This document shows positions 18,571 through 28,924 of a stretch of DNA of 64,000 nucleotides, in pieces. The position numbers were made by a program, and so were the translations under genes. The stretch comes from an uncultured Desulfobacter sp. GTDB taxonomy: Bacteria > Desulfobacterota > Desulfobacteria > Desulfobacterales > Desulfobacteraceae. The first letter of the stretch is position 1. Every line of letters begins with the position of its first letter. Location of the stretch: the NCBI GenBank assembly GCA_963665095.1, contig OY762069.1:128001-192000 (forward strand), given 5' to 3'. The notes under the pieces were generated by a model. It saw only the letters and a list, made by a program, of their open reading frames with translations. It was not told the origin of the DNA and made no database searches.

Positions 18571-18767
18571 AAGCGTATTATTTCTTCATTCTTTAATCTT
18601 TTGAGGTTAGGTTGCTTTGTCTTTGAACAAATAATTATATCGCTTACATTTATTTGTTGACAGGAATAATTTCTTGATCCTAACTTATGGGCAAAGTTTT
18701 ATACAGCCGAAGGACATTGGCTGAAAAATTAATGAAAGAAGGGTTTGCCTAAGGGGCATAAGCTTAA

Positions 18768-19745
18768 ATGAAAAACAGTACACATATTGAATTATGGGGC
18801 TCAGGCAAACAACATGAGGTTATCAAAGAAACGCCATGTGCCCATGAACTGGATACGCCCTTTGAATCCTGCTGGCCCATGGCAGACGGTTATCTGAAAA
18901 AAATTAATTTAAAGCCCGGGCTTGACCTTTATATCATGGACTGGGATCCCGGGACCGGATTTACCATGAACGCATCGGTCTGGCCTGCCGGATTTGGATT
19001 TAAGTTCTTTATTTCAGGGAAAATGAAATATCAGAACTGCGCCGTCAACGACGAAATGATCATGTCGGCAGGGCTTAACCGGTTTTCGTTTTTTCCTGTT
19101 TCCAAGGGTTCCGGCCAATGCATGTCACAGGACAGAGTAAAAGTTGTAATCATCTCCATGGTCCCATCCTTTTTTCTTTCCCTGTTTCAAGATACCCCTT
19201 CCGGGATACCGCCAACCCTGCCTGTTCCTGCATTGAACAAGGCGTTTTACCATATCAGCCCCAATTCCCCTTCCATGGAGACCGCTGCCCTGGATATCTT
19301 TAACTGTAGTTTTCATGGAAATTTGAAAAAAGTCTTTCTGGAGGGCAAAGCACTGGAGCTTGCCGCCTGCCAGCTCCACAGCCTTATCCCGTGCCAGAAG
19401 CCAGCCCGGCTTTCCGGGCAGGAACGTGACAAAATACGGGCAGCCAGGGAAATTCTTGTCCGCTATATTGATGCCCCGCCTGCTTTTGTAGACCTTGCCG
19501 GAATGGTGGGGATGCCCCACAACCGTCTTTCCATGGGGTTCCAGGCCATGTACGGCACCACTCCCTTTGCCCTGCTTCGGGATCTGAGACTGGAAAAATC
19601 CCGGACCCTTCTCAAATCACAAACCTTTAATGTAACCCAGGTGGCCATGGATGTGGGCTATGCATCCTTAAGCCACTTTGCCAAAGCCTTTAAAAAAAAG
19701 TACGGCATTTCACCAAAGCAATACCAGCTTAACGCCCTATCCTGA
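18768..19745 (+). CDS. AraC-family transcriptional regulator (PchR/YbtA-like)
   Basis: LKPGL N-domain, FLEGKALEL, C-terminal NVTQVAMDVGYASLSHFAKAFKKKYGISP. Confidence 0.92.
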   Translation: MKNSTHIELWGSGKQHEVIKETPCAHELDTPFESCWPMADGYLKKINLKPGLDLYIMDWDPGTGFTMNASVWPAGFGFKFFISGKMKYQNCAVNDEMIMSAGLNRFSFFPVSKGSGQCMSQDRVKVVIISMVPSFFLSLFQDTPSGIPPTLPVPALNKAFYHISPNSPSMETAALDIFNCSFHGNLKKVFLEGKALELAACQLHSLIPCQKPARLSGQERDKIRAAREILVRYIDAPPAFVDLAGMVGMPHNRLSMGFQAMYGTTPFALLRDLRLEKSRTLLKSQTFNVTQVAMDVGYASLSHFAKAFKKKYGISPKQYQLNALS

Positions 19746-19886
19746 ATTTTTCTTTCCAAGGCGCCTTTTTTTTCTTTTTATTACGGAATCATCCAAAAAA
19801 GGGATGGGTTCGTTAGAAATAATCGGCGGTTTTTTGTACATCTGTTCCGGACAGTTCATAAGCACAAGCTAACTTTTAGGACAAAG

Positions 19887-21137
19887 ATGGAAACATCCGT
19901 ACAAAAAAAACGTAAACCGTTAAGCACCTGGCTGCTTTTGGCCAGCCTCTATATGACCCAGTATCTGGGCCTGGGATTTTTCTGGATCGCTCTTGTAACC
20001 ATTATGCGGCAGCAGGGCATAGCCCTTGAAAAACTGGGGATCATCTATTCTCTTACACTGTTCTGGGTGGTTAAATTTTTATGGGCCCCCCTGGTTGACC
20101 GCTTCAGCATTAAACGGCTGGGTCATTACCGGACCTGGCTGCTGTTCACCCAGACCGGCATGGTGGCTTGCCTTGTTCTTATTGGTTTCTTTGACATTAC
20201 AACTCAGTTTTCGGCTGTTTTTGCAGGATGTGTGGGCCTGGCCTTTTTATCCGCCACCCAGGATATCGCCGTTGACGGACTTTCCTGCTGCCTGCTGTCT
20301 AAAAAGGAACGGGGCATGGGCAACGCAATCCAGGCCGCCGGCGGCATGGTGGGCAACATGCTGGGGGGCGGGGCTGTCATCATGGCTTATCCCTTTCTGG
20401 GCTGGTCAGGCTGCATGGGGATACTGGCCGCAGGCACATTGCTCTCCCTGGTCCAGGTGATCTGTTTTCGTGAGCCTTTCCATCCTGTGGAATCAACTGA
20501 TAACAAACCATTTCTTAACCGTTTCCACAGTTTCTGGCTGGTCCCCGGGCATAAACAATGGCTGATGGTCATTTTGATTTTTCCTGTGGGCAATGCATTA
20601 GGCTTTGCATTAATCACCCCCATACTGGTAGATGCCGGCTGGCCCATGGCGCGCATCGGCATGCTGGTCAATATGCTTGGCGCAACCTTGAGTGTGCTGG
20701 CCGCGCTTTTAACCGGAAGGCTTTTGCGGCACCAGACCCGGTTTGCCGTAACAACCGGCACGGCTGCAGCCCAGATTCTGGGGCTTTTTGCCCTGGCATG
20801 GCTGTTGACCGGCCCCTGCACAACCCTAAGGGTTTATGGTGCGGCAGGCCTGTATTTCCTCAGCCGGGGGGCCTTGTTTGCCCTGCTGAACACCCTGATG
20901 ATGGACCGGGCCTCATTAAAAAGTCCTGCCACGGATTTTACCCTTCAATACAGTGTTTCCTCCTTTGCCATGCTTCTGGCCGCCATATCCGGCGCAGCAC
21001 TGGCAGGCCGGACAAGTTACCTTGCAGTCATGTCGGGTGCCTGCGCCATCGCCTGTCTGGCCATGGCGGTTTCCATATATGCGGCCCCACCTGAATCAGG
21101 AAAGAATTTTTCCACAACCAGAAAGGAAGGTATATAA
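19887..21137 (+). CDS. MFS transporter, AmpG/RhtX/FptX siderophore-permease family
   Basis: KFLWAPLVDR, SATQDIAVDG, ATDFTLQ; about 12 TM helices. Confidence 0.88.
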   Translation: METSVQKKRKPLSTWLLLASLYMTQYLGLGFFWIALVTIMRQQGIALEKLGIIYSLTLFWVVKFLWAPLVDRFSIKRLGHYRTWLLFTQTGMVACLVLIGFFDITTQFSAVFAGCVGLAFLSATQDIAVDGLSCCLLSKKERGMGNAIQAAGGMVGNMLGGGAVIMAYPFLGWSGCMGILAAGTLLSLVQVICFREPFHPVESTDNKPFLNRFHSFWLVPGHKQWLMVILIFPVGNALGFALITPILVDAGWPMARIGMLVNMLGATLSVLAALLTGRLLRHQTRFAVTTGTAAAQILGLFALAWLLTGPCTTLRVYGAAGLYFLSRGALFALLNTLMMDRASLKSPATDFTLQYSVSSFAMLLAAISGAALAGRTSYLAVMSGACAIACLAMAVSIYAAPPESGKNFSTTRKEGI

Positions 21138-21138
21138 G

Positions 21139-22164
21139 ATGGATCCATCTGCCCCGAAATTCAAACCCTTTTACAACCAGTTGACCCTGGGATACCTGCC
21201 CGCCATTGTCAACGGTGCACTCCAGGCCGGGATTTTTGAGGCCCTGGAAAAAGAAAGTGCAAGTGCCGGCACCTTAGCTCAGAAACTTCATGCCGATCCC
21301 GGTGTTTTGGAGGCAGTTCTGGAAGTTCTTTCGGCCATAGATCTTCTGGCCCGGGGCAAGGATGGCCGATATCACTTAACCAGGGAGGCAATACACTTTC
21401 TTCTCAAGGCTTCGCCGGCCGCCCAGATCAGGGAGATTCAATCCTTTTGCATGCGCCCCGGTCCCTTTGACAACCTGTCCGGCCGCCTGAAAAACCAGGC
21501 CCCTGATTTTGACTCTGCCGCCTTTGGTGACAAGGAGATGCTCCTGGATCTTGAACAAAGGGCCCGGGGCGGACAGATTCAGGAAGTGGTGGAATTTATC
21601 TGCGCGATCCCAAAGTTCGCATCTTTCAGGCTTATGTGCGATTTTGCCGGAAGTTCCGGATACTACTCCCGGGAATTGTTGAATAAAAATCCAGGCCTTA
21701 AATCAAAGGTTTATGACACGCCCAGGGTCGCTGCGCTTGCCGAACAGATGGTGGGGGACCGGGGAACCTGCGGCCGCCTGGAATTTATCGGTATTGATGT
21801 GGAAACCTGCCCGGATTTCGGCTGTGGGTATGACCTGTTTTTTGTTTCCCATTTTCTGTACCACTGGGCAGCGGCAGGCCGCTTGCCCCGGTTTCTCAAA
21901 AGAGTCAACCAGGCCATGCGCCCGGGAGGCATCTTTGTATCCAACCATATCGGCAATGCCGTGGATGAAAAGGCCCGGATTACCCAGTCAATTTTTGAGC
22001 TTTTGGCCAGAACCCAAGGGTACCCCACCCTGACCCTTGATGAATCAATATTAAAAGACGCCCTTTTGGCCGCCGGGTTCTCTGAGTTCAGGACCCGGCC
22101 GGCCCAGGACGGCACCCATTTGAACAACACCCTGTTGTCAGCAAAAAAAATAGAGGAGATATAG
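21139..22164 (+). CDS. SAM-dependent O-methyltransferase
   Basis: ATG at 21139 after an AGGAAGG RBS; dimerisation HTH, MCDFAGSSG, YDLFFVSH, MRPGG. Confidence 0.85.
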   Translation: MDPSAPKFKPFYNQLTLGYLPAIVNGALQAGIFEALEKESASAGTLAQKLHADPGVLEAVLEVLSAIDLLARGKDGRYHLTREAIHFLLKASPAAQIREIQSFCMRPGPFDNLSGRLKNQAPDFDSAAFGDKEMLLDLEQRARGGQIQEVVEFICAIPKFASFRLMCDFAGSSGYYSRELLNKNPGLKSKVYDTPRVAALAEQMVGDRGTCGRLEFIGIDVETCPDFGCGYDLFFVSHFLYHWAAAGRLPRFLKRVNQAMRPGGIFVSNHIGNAVDEKARITQSIFELLARTQGYPTLTLDESILKDALLAAGFSEFRTRPAQDGTHLNNTLLSAKKIEEI

Positions 22165-22167
22165 ACC

Positions 22168-24279
22168 ATGAAAAAATTGAATTGCCCGGGGTTTCACTTT
22201 CTGATCTTTTTTCAGATCATTGCAGTGTTACTGCTCCTATTGTCAATGGCCCGGCCCGGACTTGCCCAAACCCGGACCGAAGATCCTGAAGTCATGGACG
22301 ACATAGTGGTTACCGCAGAAAAACGCAAACAATCCTTAAAAGAAGTTCCCGTGTCCATCACGGTGATCAACGATCTTGACATTCAGGACAGCAATGTCAG
22401 GGATGTGAAAGATATTTTCAATCTGGTGCCCAATCTGTCTGTCGGCGCCCAGAATCAGAATGTAACCTATGTGAACTGCCGGGGTGTCAGCCCCAGCATG
22501 ATAAACCGCCGTAACCCTTTTGTCATGTACGTGGACGGGGTCCCTTCCAGCAAAATCAGTGGATATAATGCCGATTTCACCAATGTTGAATCCGTTGAGG
22601 TCCTCAGGGGGCCCCAGGGCACCCTTTACGGTAAAAATGCCATGGGCGGTGTTATGAATATCACCACAAAAGCGCCGTCCAATGATTTGGAAAGCCGGGT
22701 GTCCATGGATATTTCAGAAAATGAGACCTATTTTTTTAACGCCGCCGTCAGCGGCCCCATTAAAAATGACACGCTGTTTTTTGGTCTCTGGGCCTCTGAA
22801 TATCAGACCCGGGGCTACATGGAAAACGATCATCCGGACCAGGACTACTACGATGACAGGGATATCTTCAACGTCAGGGGGCGGCTGCGCTGGGTGCCCA
22901 GTGAACAGTTGGAACTCAACCTGTTTTCAGGCAAAGAGATCCGGCAGGGCGGGGACGGCCCCATGATCGGGGATTCCCGGATCCGGTTTCATGAATACAA
23001 AAATCCGGATGATCATGTGGATGCGGACAATTTTGACAATGCCCTTCATGCCCGGTTCCATGCACAACATTTTGATATTGTGTCCACCACCACGTATAAG
23101 AAGGCAACCGAAGACTATGATGTGGATTATTCCTATGGCAGCCGTTCGGTGACCCACGGTATTCTGGATTATGAAGGCACCACCTTTTCCCAGGAACTTC
23201 GCCTTCAGTCCCCGGACGGCCGGGACGGCATCACCTGGATTGCCGGTACTTATTTTGAATATGACCAGGACAAGGACAAAGAGATGTCCATGCAATACCT
23301 TCCTTCAGCGATGATGAACTTTAACCGGAAAACCGACTGGCCCTGCACCACAACCGGGAAAACAGCCGCCCTGTTTGCTCAAGCCTTTGTCCCGTTTCTT
23401 AATGCCTTTAAATTCACCATCGGTGCCCGGTATGAAACTGTAAACAAGGAAATGGATTACCACAGGACCACCACCAATCTGGACACAGATACGGTGATCA
23501 GCACGGCAGACTATACCATTGAAGATGACTGGGACAGCTTTACACCGAAAGTTGCACTGGATTACCGGATCTCAGACAATATCATGACCTATGTCAGCGT
23601 GTCCCAGGGATATCTTGCCGGAGGATTCAACAACACCATTGATGATCCTTCTGCCACCACCTATGATCCCCAGACCTCGACCAGTTATGACTGGGGGGCT
23701 AAAACCTTTTGGCTCAACAACCGCCTGGCCTGCAACCTTTCTTTGTTTTATATGGACATAAAGGACATGCAGGTAACCGAGTATCCTTCAGCCTATGTCA
23801 TGGTGGCCTCCAATGCGGGCAGGGCCCACAGCTACGGCGGGGAACTGGAAGTTAAATACAGACCTTTGCAGGGGCTGCTGCTTTATACGGGTCTTGGGTT
23901 GATTCGGGGCGAATATGACGAATATATGGGATACGGCGGGGTAGATTACGCCGGAAACAAACTGAAAAACACCCCTGAATATTCCATGAATGCCGGCATT
24001 CAATACCGCCATTCTTCAGGCTTTTACACCGGCCTGGACATACAGGGGTATGGAAAAACCTATTTTAACGAATCCAACGAAAAGACCTCCGTACGGGATC
24101 CTTATCGTATTGTGAATGTAAAGCTGGGCGTGGAGCTTTCTAAATGGGATTTTTACGTTTACGTTAAAAATTTATTTGACGAGGAATATTACGCCAGTAT
24201 TTTTACCAGCAATATCAGAAATTCATATATGGTCGGCAGCCCCCGGACCATCGGCACTCAAATTGTTTTTCGGTTTTAA
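22168..24279 (+). CDS. TonB-dependent receptor
   Basis: TonB box DIVVTAEKR, plug VEVLRGPQGTLYGKNAMGG, terminal Phe. Confidence 0.95.
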   Translation: MKKLNCPGFHFLIFFQIIAVLLLLLSMARPGLAQTRTEDPEVMDDIVVTAEKRKQSLKEVPVSITVINDLDIQDSNVRDVKDIFNLVPNLSVGAQNQNVTYVNCRGVSPSMINRRNPFVMYVDGVPSSKISGYNADFTNVESVEVLRGPQGTLYGKNAMGGVMNITTKAPSNDLESRVSMDISENETYFFNAAVSGPIKNDTLFFGLWASEYQTRGYMENDHPDQDYYDDRDIFNVRGRLRWVPSEQLELNLFSGKEIRQGGDGPMIGDSRIRFHEYKNPDDHVDADNFDNALHARFHAQHFDIVSTTTYKKATEDYDVDYSYGSRSVTHGILDYEGTTFSQELRLQSPDGRDGITWIAGTYFEYDQDKDKEMSMQYLPSAMMNFNRKTDWPCTTTGKTAALFAQAFVPFLNAFKFTIGARYETVNKEMDYHRTTTNLDTDTVISTADYTIEDDWDSFTPKVALDYRISDNIMTYVSVSQGYLAGGFNNTIDDPSATTYDPQTSTSYDWGAKTFWLNNRLACNLSLFYMDIKDMQVTEYPSAYVMVASNAGRAHSYGGELEVKYRPLQGLLLYTGLGLIRGEYDEYMGYGGVDYAGNKLKNTPEYSMNAGIQYRHSSGFYTGLDIQGYGKTYFNESNEKTSVRDPYRIVNVKLGVELSKWDFYVYVKNLFDEEYYASIFTSNIRNSYMVGSPRTIGTQIVFRF

Positions 24280-24395
24280 CAGCAACTATTGCAGCATCTT
24301 TCACCCGTCACTACGGGTGAAAGATGCTTTTCAGGCAGGTCAGGCGGGGATAGTTGCGCTTCCATGAAAATCAGCCCCCATTTAGAATTTCATTT

Positions 24396-25958
24396 TCATG
24401 ACAGCAGTTTGTAAATGATGAGTTCTTCTTCTTTTCCCTTAACCCTGACCGGCGGCAATTGTTCGGTCTGATAAGAACCGGTCAACAGGTCCCGGGTGGT
24501 TTTGCTCAGAATAATATCCGTGCCGTAATCCTTTGACAGTCCTTCAATTCGTGAGGCCGTGTTTACCGTATCTCCGACCAGGGCATAGGACATGCGTTTC
24601 CGGCTGCCGATATTTCCGGCCAGGACCGCTCCTGAATGAAGCCCTATGCCGTGTTTGAGCTTAACAAGGTTTTTCCCGGCGAGTTCCCGGTTTAGCCGGG
24701 CAAGCCCTTGCCTCATGTCAAGGGCGGCTTTAACCGCCCTTTCCGGATGATCCTCAACCGGAACCGGTGCCCCGAATACCGCCTCAATCTCATCCCCTAT
24801 ATATTGCAGAATCAATCCCCCATGGGCTTCGATGATCCCGGCCATTTCATCGAAATACCGGTTGATGATCCTGACCACCTCCCTGGGATGATTTTTTTCT
24901 ACCAGGCCTGTGAAATTCCGCAGATCACAGAACAACAGGGTCACCCGTTTCATTTCTCCTTCCAAAGAGACCCTGCCGGCCATGATTTCATCTCGAATCT
25001 CCCTGCCCACATACCGCCCCAAAGAATCCCTGACCATCTCATTTTCCTTGAGACTGCAGATCATGGCATTGATTCCCTGGGCCATGTCTGCCAGCTCATC
25101 ATTGGACATGATTTCCACCCGGGTCGAAAGATCATTTTTTTTCACTGCTTTCACAGCCGCCTGGATGCTTGACAGAGGCGCCAGAATACTGTCGGACAAA
25201 AGATAGGCCAAAGCCAGGCAAACGATCAGGGAGACCAGGGAAATATACCCCAGTTCCCAGAGCAACGCTGTCGTCAGGGCCTGCCTCGCACCGTCTCCCA
25301 CGGTGGTAATGGCCTGGATACGGGTCATTATGGCTGCGGCACTCATGGGAAGCGGAATCAGGATGATGCTCAATAGGACCAGAGTAAACCGTTTGCGTAC
25401 GCTGATCCTGAACCCATAGGCAATCCGGTTGGAACCGTTGGAAAAAAATGCCGGAATGTGGCTGCGCCAGGCCTTTTCCAGGCAGAAAAACAGCAAGAGG
25501 CAGGTCTCTCCTCCTCCCAAAAGGGCAATACCCATAAGGTCTTTAACGGAGGAGAATAACGAAGGAGGCATAAGACCGAACAATTTTGCCCTGATCAGGG
25601 GGATAACAAGCCCGAAGAGGAAACCGGCAAGAATCCATATCCCGAAAGAAATCATTGTCATGGACATGGGCAGTTGAAGTGCTTGCCGCTGGAGATAATA
25701 GACCGTTTCCTGATCAAAATCGTGTATGGCGCTTTTATTGTCAGCCACTTTGGCCAGCAGTCGGATTGATTTTGTCATCAATAAAAAAAAACTTAAGGCC
25801 AGAAAGGCGGAACCACCCAGAAAAAAAATAAGGTTCCACTCCCAGGGAACGCAGTCAGGACCGGACTTTTCAACCGGCAGAATCCCCCCGAAATAGACAA
25901 AGGTTGAAACGGCGCCAGACAGGTTGAGCAATATCAGAATGATTCTAAGTTTAAACAT
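24396..25958 (-). CDS. Membrane class III adenylate/guanylate cyclase with HAMP domain
   Basis: Six TM segments, HAMP (SNDELADM), LFCDLRNFT, YIGD, VGDTVNTASRIE. Confidence 0.92.
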   Translation of the reverse strand: MFKLRIILILLNLSGAVSTFVYFGGILPVEKSGPDCVPWEWNLIFFLGGSAFLALSFFLLMTKSIRLLAKVADNKSAIHDFDQETVYYLQRQALQLPMSMTMISFGIWILAGFLFGLVIPLIRAKLFGLMPPSLFSSVKDLMGIALLGGGETCLLLFFCLEKAWRSHIPAFFSNGSNRIAYGFRISVRKRFTLVLLSIILIPLPMSAAAIMTRIQAITTVGDGARQALTTALLWELGYISLVSLIVCLALAYLLSDSILAPLSSIQAAVKAVKKNDLSTRVEIMSNDELADMAQGINAMICSLKENEMVRDSLGRYVGREIRDEIMAGRVSLEGEMKRVTLLFCDLRNFTGLVEKNHPREVVRIINRYFDEMAGIIEAHGGLILQYIGDEIEAVFGAPVPVEDHPERAVKAALDMRQGLARLNRELAGKNLVKLKHGIGLHSGAVLAGNIGSRKRMSYALVGDTVNTASRIEGLSKDYGTDIILSKTTRDLLTGSYQTEQLPPVRVKGKEEELIIYKLLS

Positions 25959-26170
25959 TGTCTCGCCTTGAATAACGTTATGTATCCGTACCTATATACC
26001 CAGGCTATTTCCCACGGATCGTAACATCGTGTTGATCCTTTTGGAAACAAGGGTTGTCTTCCTTTGATTATAGTGATGATAAGTGTATCATTAAAAAAAC
26101 ATCAATGAAATGGGATGAATCGACAAAAACAGGGGATGAAAGAGATAATTTTTATTTAAAACGATAATAG

Positions 26171-26720
26171 TTAATTACCGGTAAACCGGTTAAAAAACAA
26201 CGCATCCGCCAGGCCAGGGAAATAGAGATCCAGAAAAGCAAGCAGCCGCTCTGCCGGGCCGGCCAGTATGATGTCATTTTTACCGCCGGCAAGTTTTCGT
26301 AAAAAATTTTTTGCTACCATGTCGGGCGCGGCAAGTTTGATTCGGTTCTTTTTCCATATCTGTCCGCGCTCCCGGCGTTCCGTGTCCGTATTGACGCCTG
26401 ATGGTGAAAACAGGATAAATCGAATATCGGTTGCCCGGTATTCCCTTCTCAGCGATCTGAACAGATTGGCCACACAGGCACGGGACGCTGCGTCGATTGA
26501 AAAATAAGGCATTGAAAGCCGGCCTGCCATAAAGCCGTTGATGTTAACAAAAATGCCTTTCCAGTTTTCAAAAAGAGTTTCAATCACCTGCTGAATTAAA
26601 AAAACTGTTGCTTCAAAATTAACAGCCATTGTATTTCTGATTTCGGTTTCATTAATCTGGCTTTCCCATGCGGGCCTGCAACTGTATACCCTTTTTCAAG
26701 CAGCAGGGAGGCAATCACCG
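26171..26720 (-). pseudogene. Short-chain dehydrogenase/reductase (SDR) remnant
   Basis: MAVNF...GIFVNI...SLRRE...PSGVNT C-half. The catalytic YxxxK is degenerate. An upstream scrap IASLLLEKGYTV is present but there is no intact Rossmann motif. Confidence 0.6.
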
Positions 26721-26942
26721 TTTTCTGCATGGGAGGCATCTTGGGAAATTCAAGCCGGTAAAACCTTGCAAGGGCTGGCTGCGCCTTTTTTAGCCATTTT
26801 CATGGAAAGCATCAAGGTTCTTTCAACGTTGACACTGTTTGAATCACCTTAAAATATGTTTTCAACTGGGCAACGATCAGGGCGGGGAGATACTTGCCCT
26901 GAAATTTATCCCCGAACCTCTTAGCTGCCAACGGTTAAAATG

Positions 26943-27938
26943 TCAGGCTTGACCAGGACCTTGTTTTGCCTTTTTCAGGCACCCGGGATTGATGCTGAAC
27001 TGTTTTTTAAAGGCCCTGGAAAAGTGGCTGACATTAATGTACCCAACGGCATTGGCCGCCTGGGACACAGAATGATGTTCCTCCCTGATCAAAGCCCAGG
27101 CCTGTTCCATTCTCAGTTTCTGGACAAAGGTGAAAATGGTGGTGTTAAAGGTCCGTTTAAACTCTTTTTTCAAGGTGAATTCATTGAGGCCGCATCGTCT
27201 GGCCAGAACCGGGATGGTGGGCGGGTCCAGGAAATCTGCCGTTAAGATGGACTTTGCGTGGGCCAGCTGGTCCCGGATGTCAGGATTTAAGGCCGGGGTG
27301 CCTGGCCTGCCGGTATTCTGGCAGAGCAGCTCCACCTGACGTGACATCAAAAGCAGTGCCCGGCTCTGGTAAAACAGGTCAAGGGCAGGGCCTGAAAGCG
27401 GTGGCGGGTTCACGATCTCCAGGGCTGTTTTTCTTAATTCCGGGTCCAGGGGAAAAGATATATATTCATGCTTCCGGAACAGGCGAATCTGTTTTTCCCC
27501 TGACACATTGTAAATGAGATGGTCCGGAAGATAGCGGAGTAAAAGGCGGGGGTCAATGTGGAGTTCTACACAGGCGACCGGTAGCCCCGGGTCAATGAGC
27601 ATCTGCCCCCGGGCCCCTTTAAGGGAGCCGATGGTTGTGGTATTGGGGCCAATCTGCTGTTTTCTTTCCTTCCCGTCGTCAGCGCTTTTAAATGTACTGA
27701 AAAATTGGCCTGAAAGTGTCAGGCAGAAGGTGACAGGTGCGTTGCCAACCCTGAAGTCAATACGGGGATAGGCGGCAGCCGGCCCGGTCATTATGCTCAG
27801 GTAGAGCCCGGGGGCCACCGGGAAAATTTCAGGAAGGAACGCGGTGTCTTCCGCTCCTTTGATTTCAAAAATAAATTCCCCCGGCCGGCTTTCGGCCGGA
27901 TAGATAAAGTCGGATTCCATTTGAATAAAGGGGGTCAT
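26943..27938 (-). CDS. AraC-family transcriptional regulator (PchR-like)
   Basis: PPTIPVLARRCGLNEFTLKKEFK and SVSQAANAVGYINVSHFSRAFKKQF. Confidence 0.92.
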   Translation of the reverse strand: MTPFIQMESDFIYPAESRPGEFIFEIKGAEDTAFLPEIFPVAPGLYLSIMTGPAAAYPRIDFRVGNAPVTFCLTLSGQFFSTFKSADDGKERKQQIGPNTTTIGSLKGARGQMLIDPGLPVACVELHIDPRLLLRYLPDHLIYNVSGEKQIRLFRKHEYISFPLDPELRKTALEIVNPPPLSGPALDLFYQSRALLLMSRQVELLCQNTGRPGTPALNPDIRDQLAHAKSILTADFLDPPTIPVLARRCGLNEFTLKKEFKRTFNTTIFTFVQKLRMEQAWALIREEHHSVSQAANAVGYINVSHFSRAFKKQFSINPGCLKKAKQGPGQA

Positions 27939-28303
27939 GGGAGGAAATGCCTAAATTCACTGCAATTTTGGCATACATCAGAACCCACAAGAGGGGTGTT
28001 TAAGGCAAAAGTATGGGCGTTCAGGTTGTATGGCATAGACACCTGCTGTTTTTGTTAAATATCAGCAACTTTGTATATCTCAATAATAAGTTTGCTGCAA
28101 CTAAAAAATAGCGCTTGACATGGCGGGGCTCGTCGTCTAAATATTAGCTTAACATAACTTATTATGCCATAATTAATCAATGAATTTTTCTGAAGTGAAA
28201 CAATCAATCCAACGTAAAAAAAGTGGGTCATACGCAGATCCTCAGCGCAACAGCAGTGGAAATACAAAAAGTCTGCAGTAAAGACAATTGAAGGAGAAAA
28301 TAG

Positions 28304-28648
28304 ATGGAAAATAATTTCACCATGGAAACCTATGAGCAGGATAAAAAACTACATATCGATTTGAAAGGGACCTTTGACGGCGCATCTGCTTTTGCCTTGA
28401 TCCAGAAGATTGGAGAAGAAATTTGCGATAAAAACAACAGTGTGCATGTGGAGACCAAAGATATCTCAAAAGTCTATTCTTTTGGCCGGTCCATTCTGTC
28501 TTCAAATATCCCTAAAGCACAAAGAAAGAGTCTTTATTTCAGTGGTGCCATGGCGGATCAGATTGCCCCCGACGGGTGTGCTGTTGAAAAATGCAGTGGA
28601 GACTGCAAAAACTGTAAATGCAAAAAACTGTCAATGCAAAATAGATAA
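28304..28648 (+). CDS. STAS-like small protein with a Cys-rich tail
   Basis: LHIDLKGTFDGASA resembles the STAS strand-loop; tail CSGDCKNCKC; AAGGAG RBS. Confidence 0.7.
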   Translation: MENNFTMETYEQDKKLHIDLKGTFDGASAFALIQKIGEEICDKNNSVHVETKDISKVYSFGRSILSSNIPKAQRKSLYFSGAMADQIAPDGCAVEKCSGDCKNCKCKKLSMQNR

Positions 28649-28924
28649 ATAATCCCCCGTAAACCTTGTGCGCCGGGTTTGTCTGACCCGGCTGCAAGCC
28701 TTCTTTGACGCGTGACCGTTTCAGAGTGCAACCCTGAAACGGCCCGTCACACTGCTTCTTTGCTTATGCCGCAGACTTTACAATCCTTATATCTGTGTTA
28801 TTAATTTTAATGTGGCCGCAATCCTGATCCACCTGGGTCCACCAGGTTTTATCTTCAATTTATACCGGAGATTACCCCCATTAAAAAAATAATATACCAA
28901 CTCAGTGAATATGAGAAACAACAG

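Noticed and set aside
20953..21138. N-terminal extension of the methyltransferase ORF given in the track
   Set aside because: It overlaps the MFS gene; the ATG at 21139 has a clear RBS and fits the family length.
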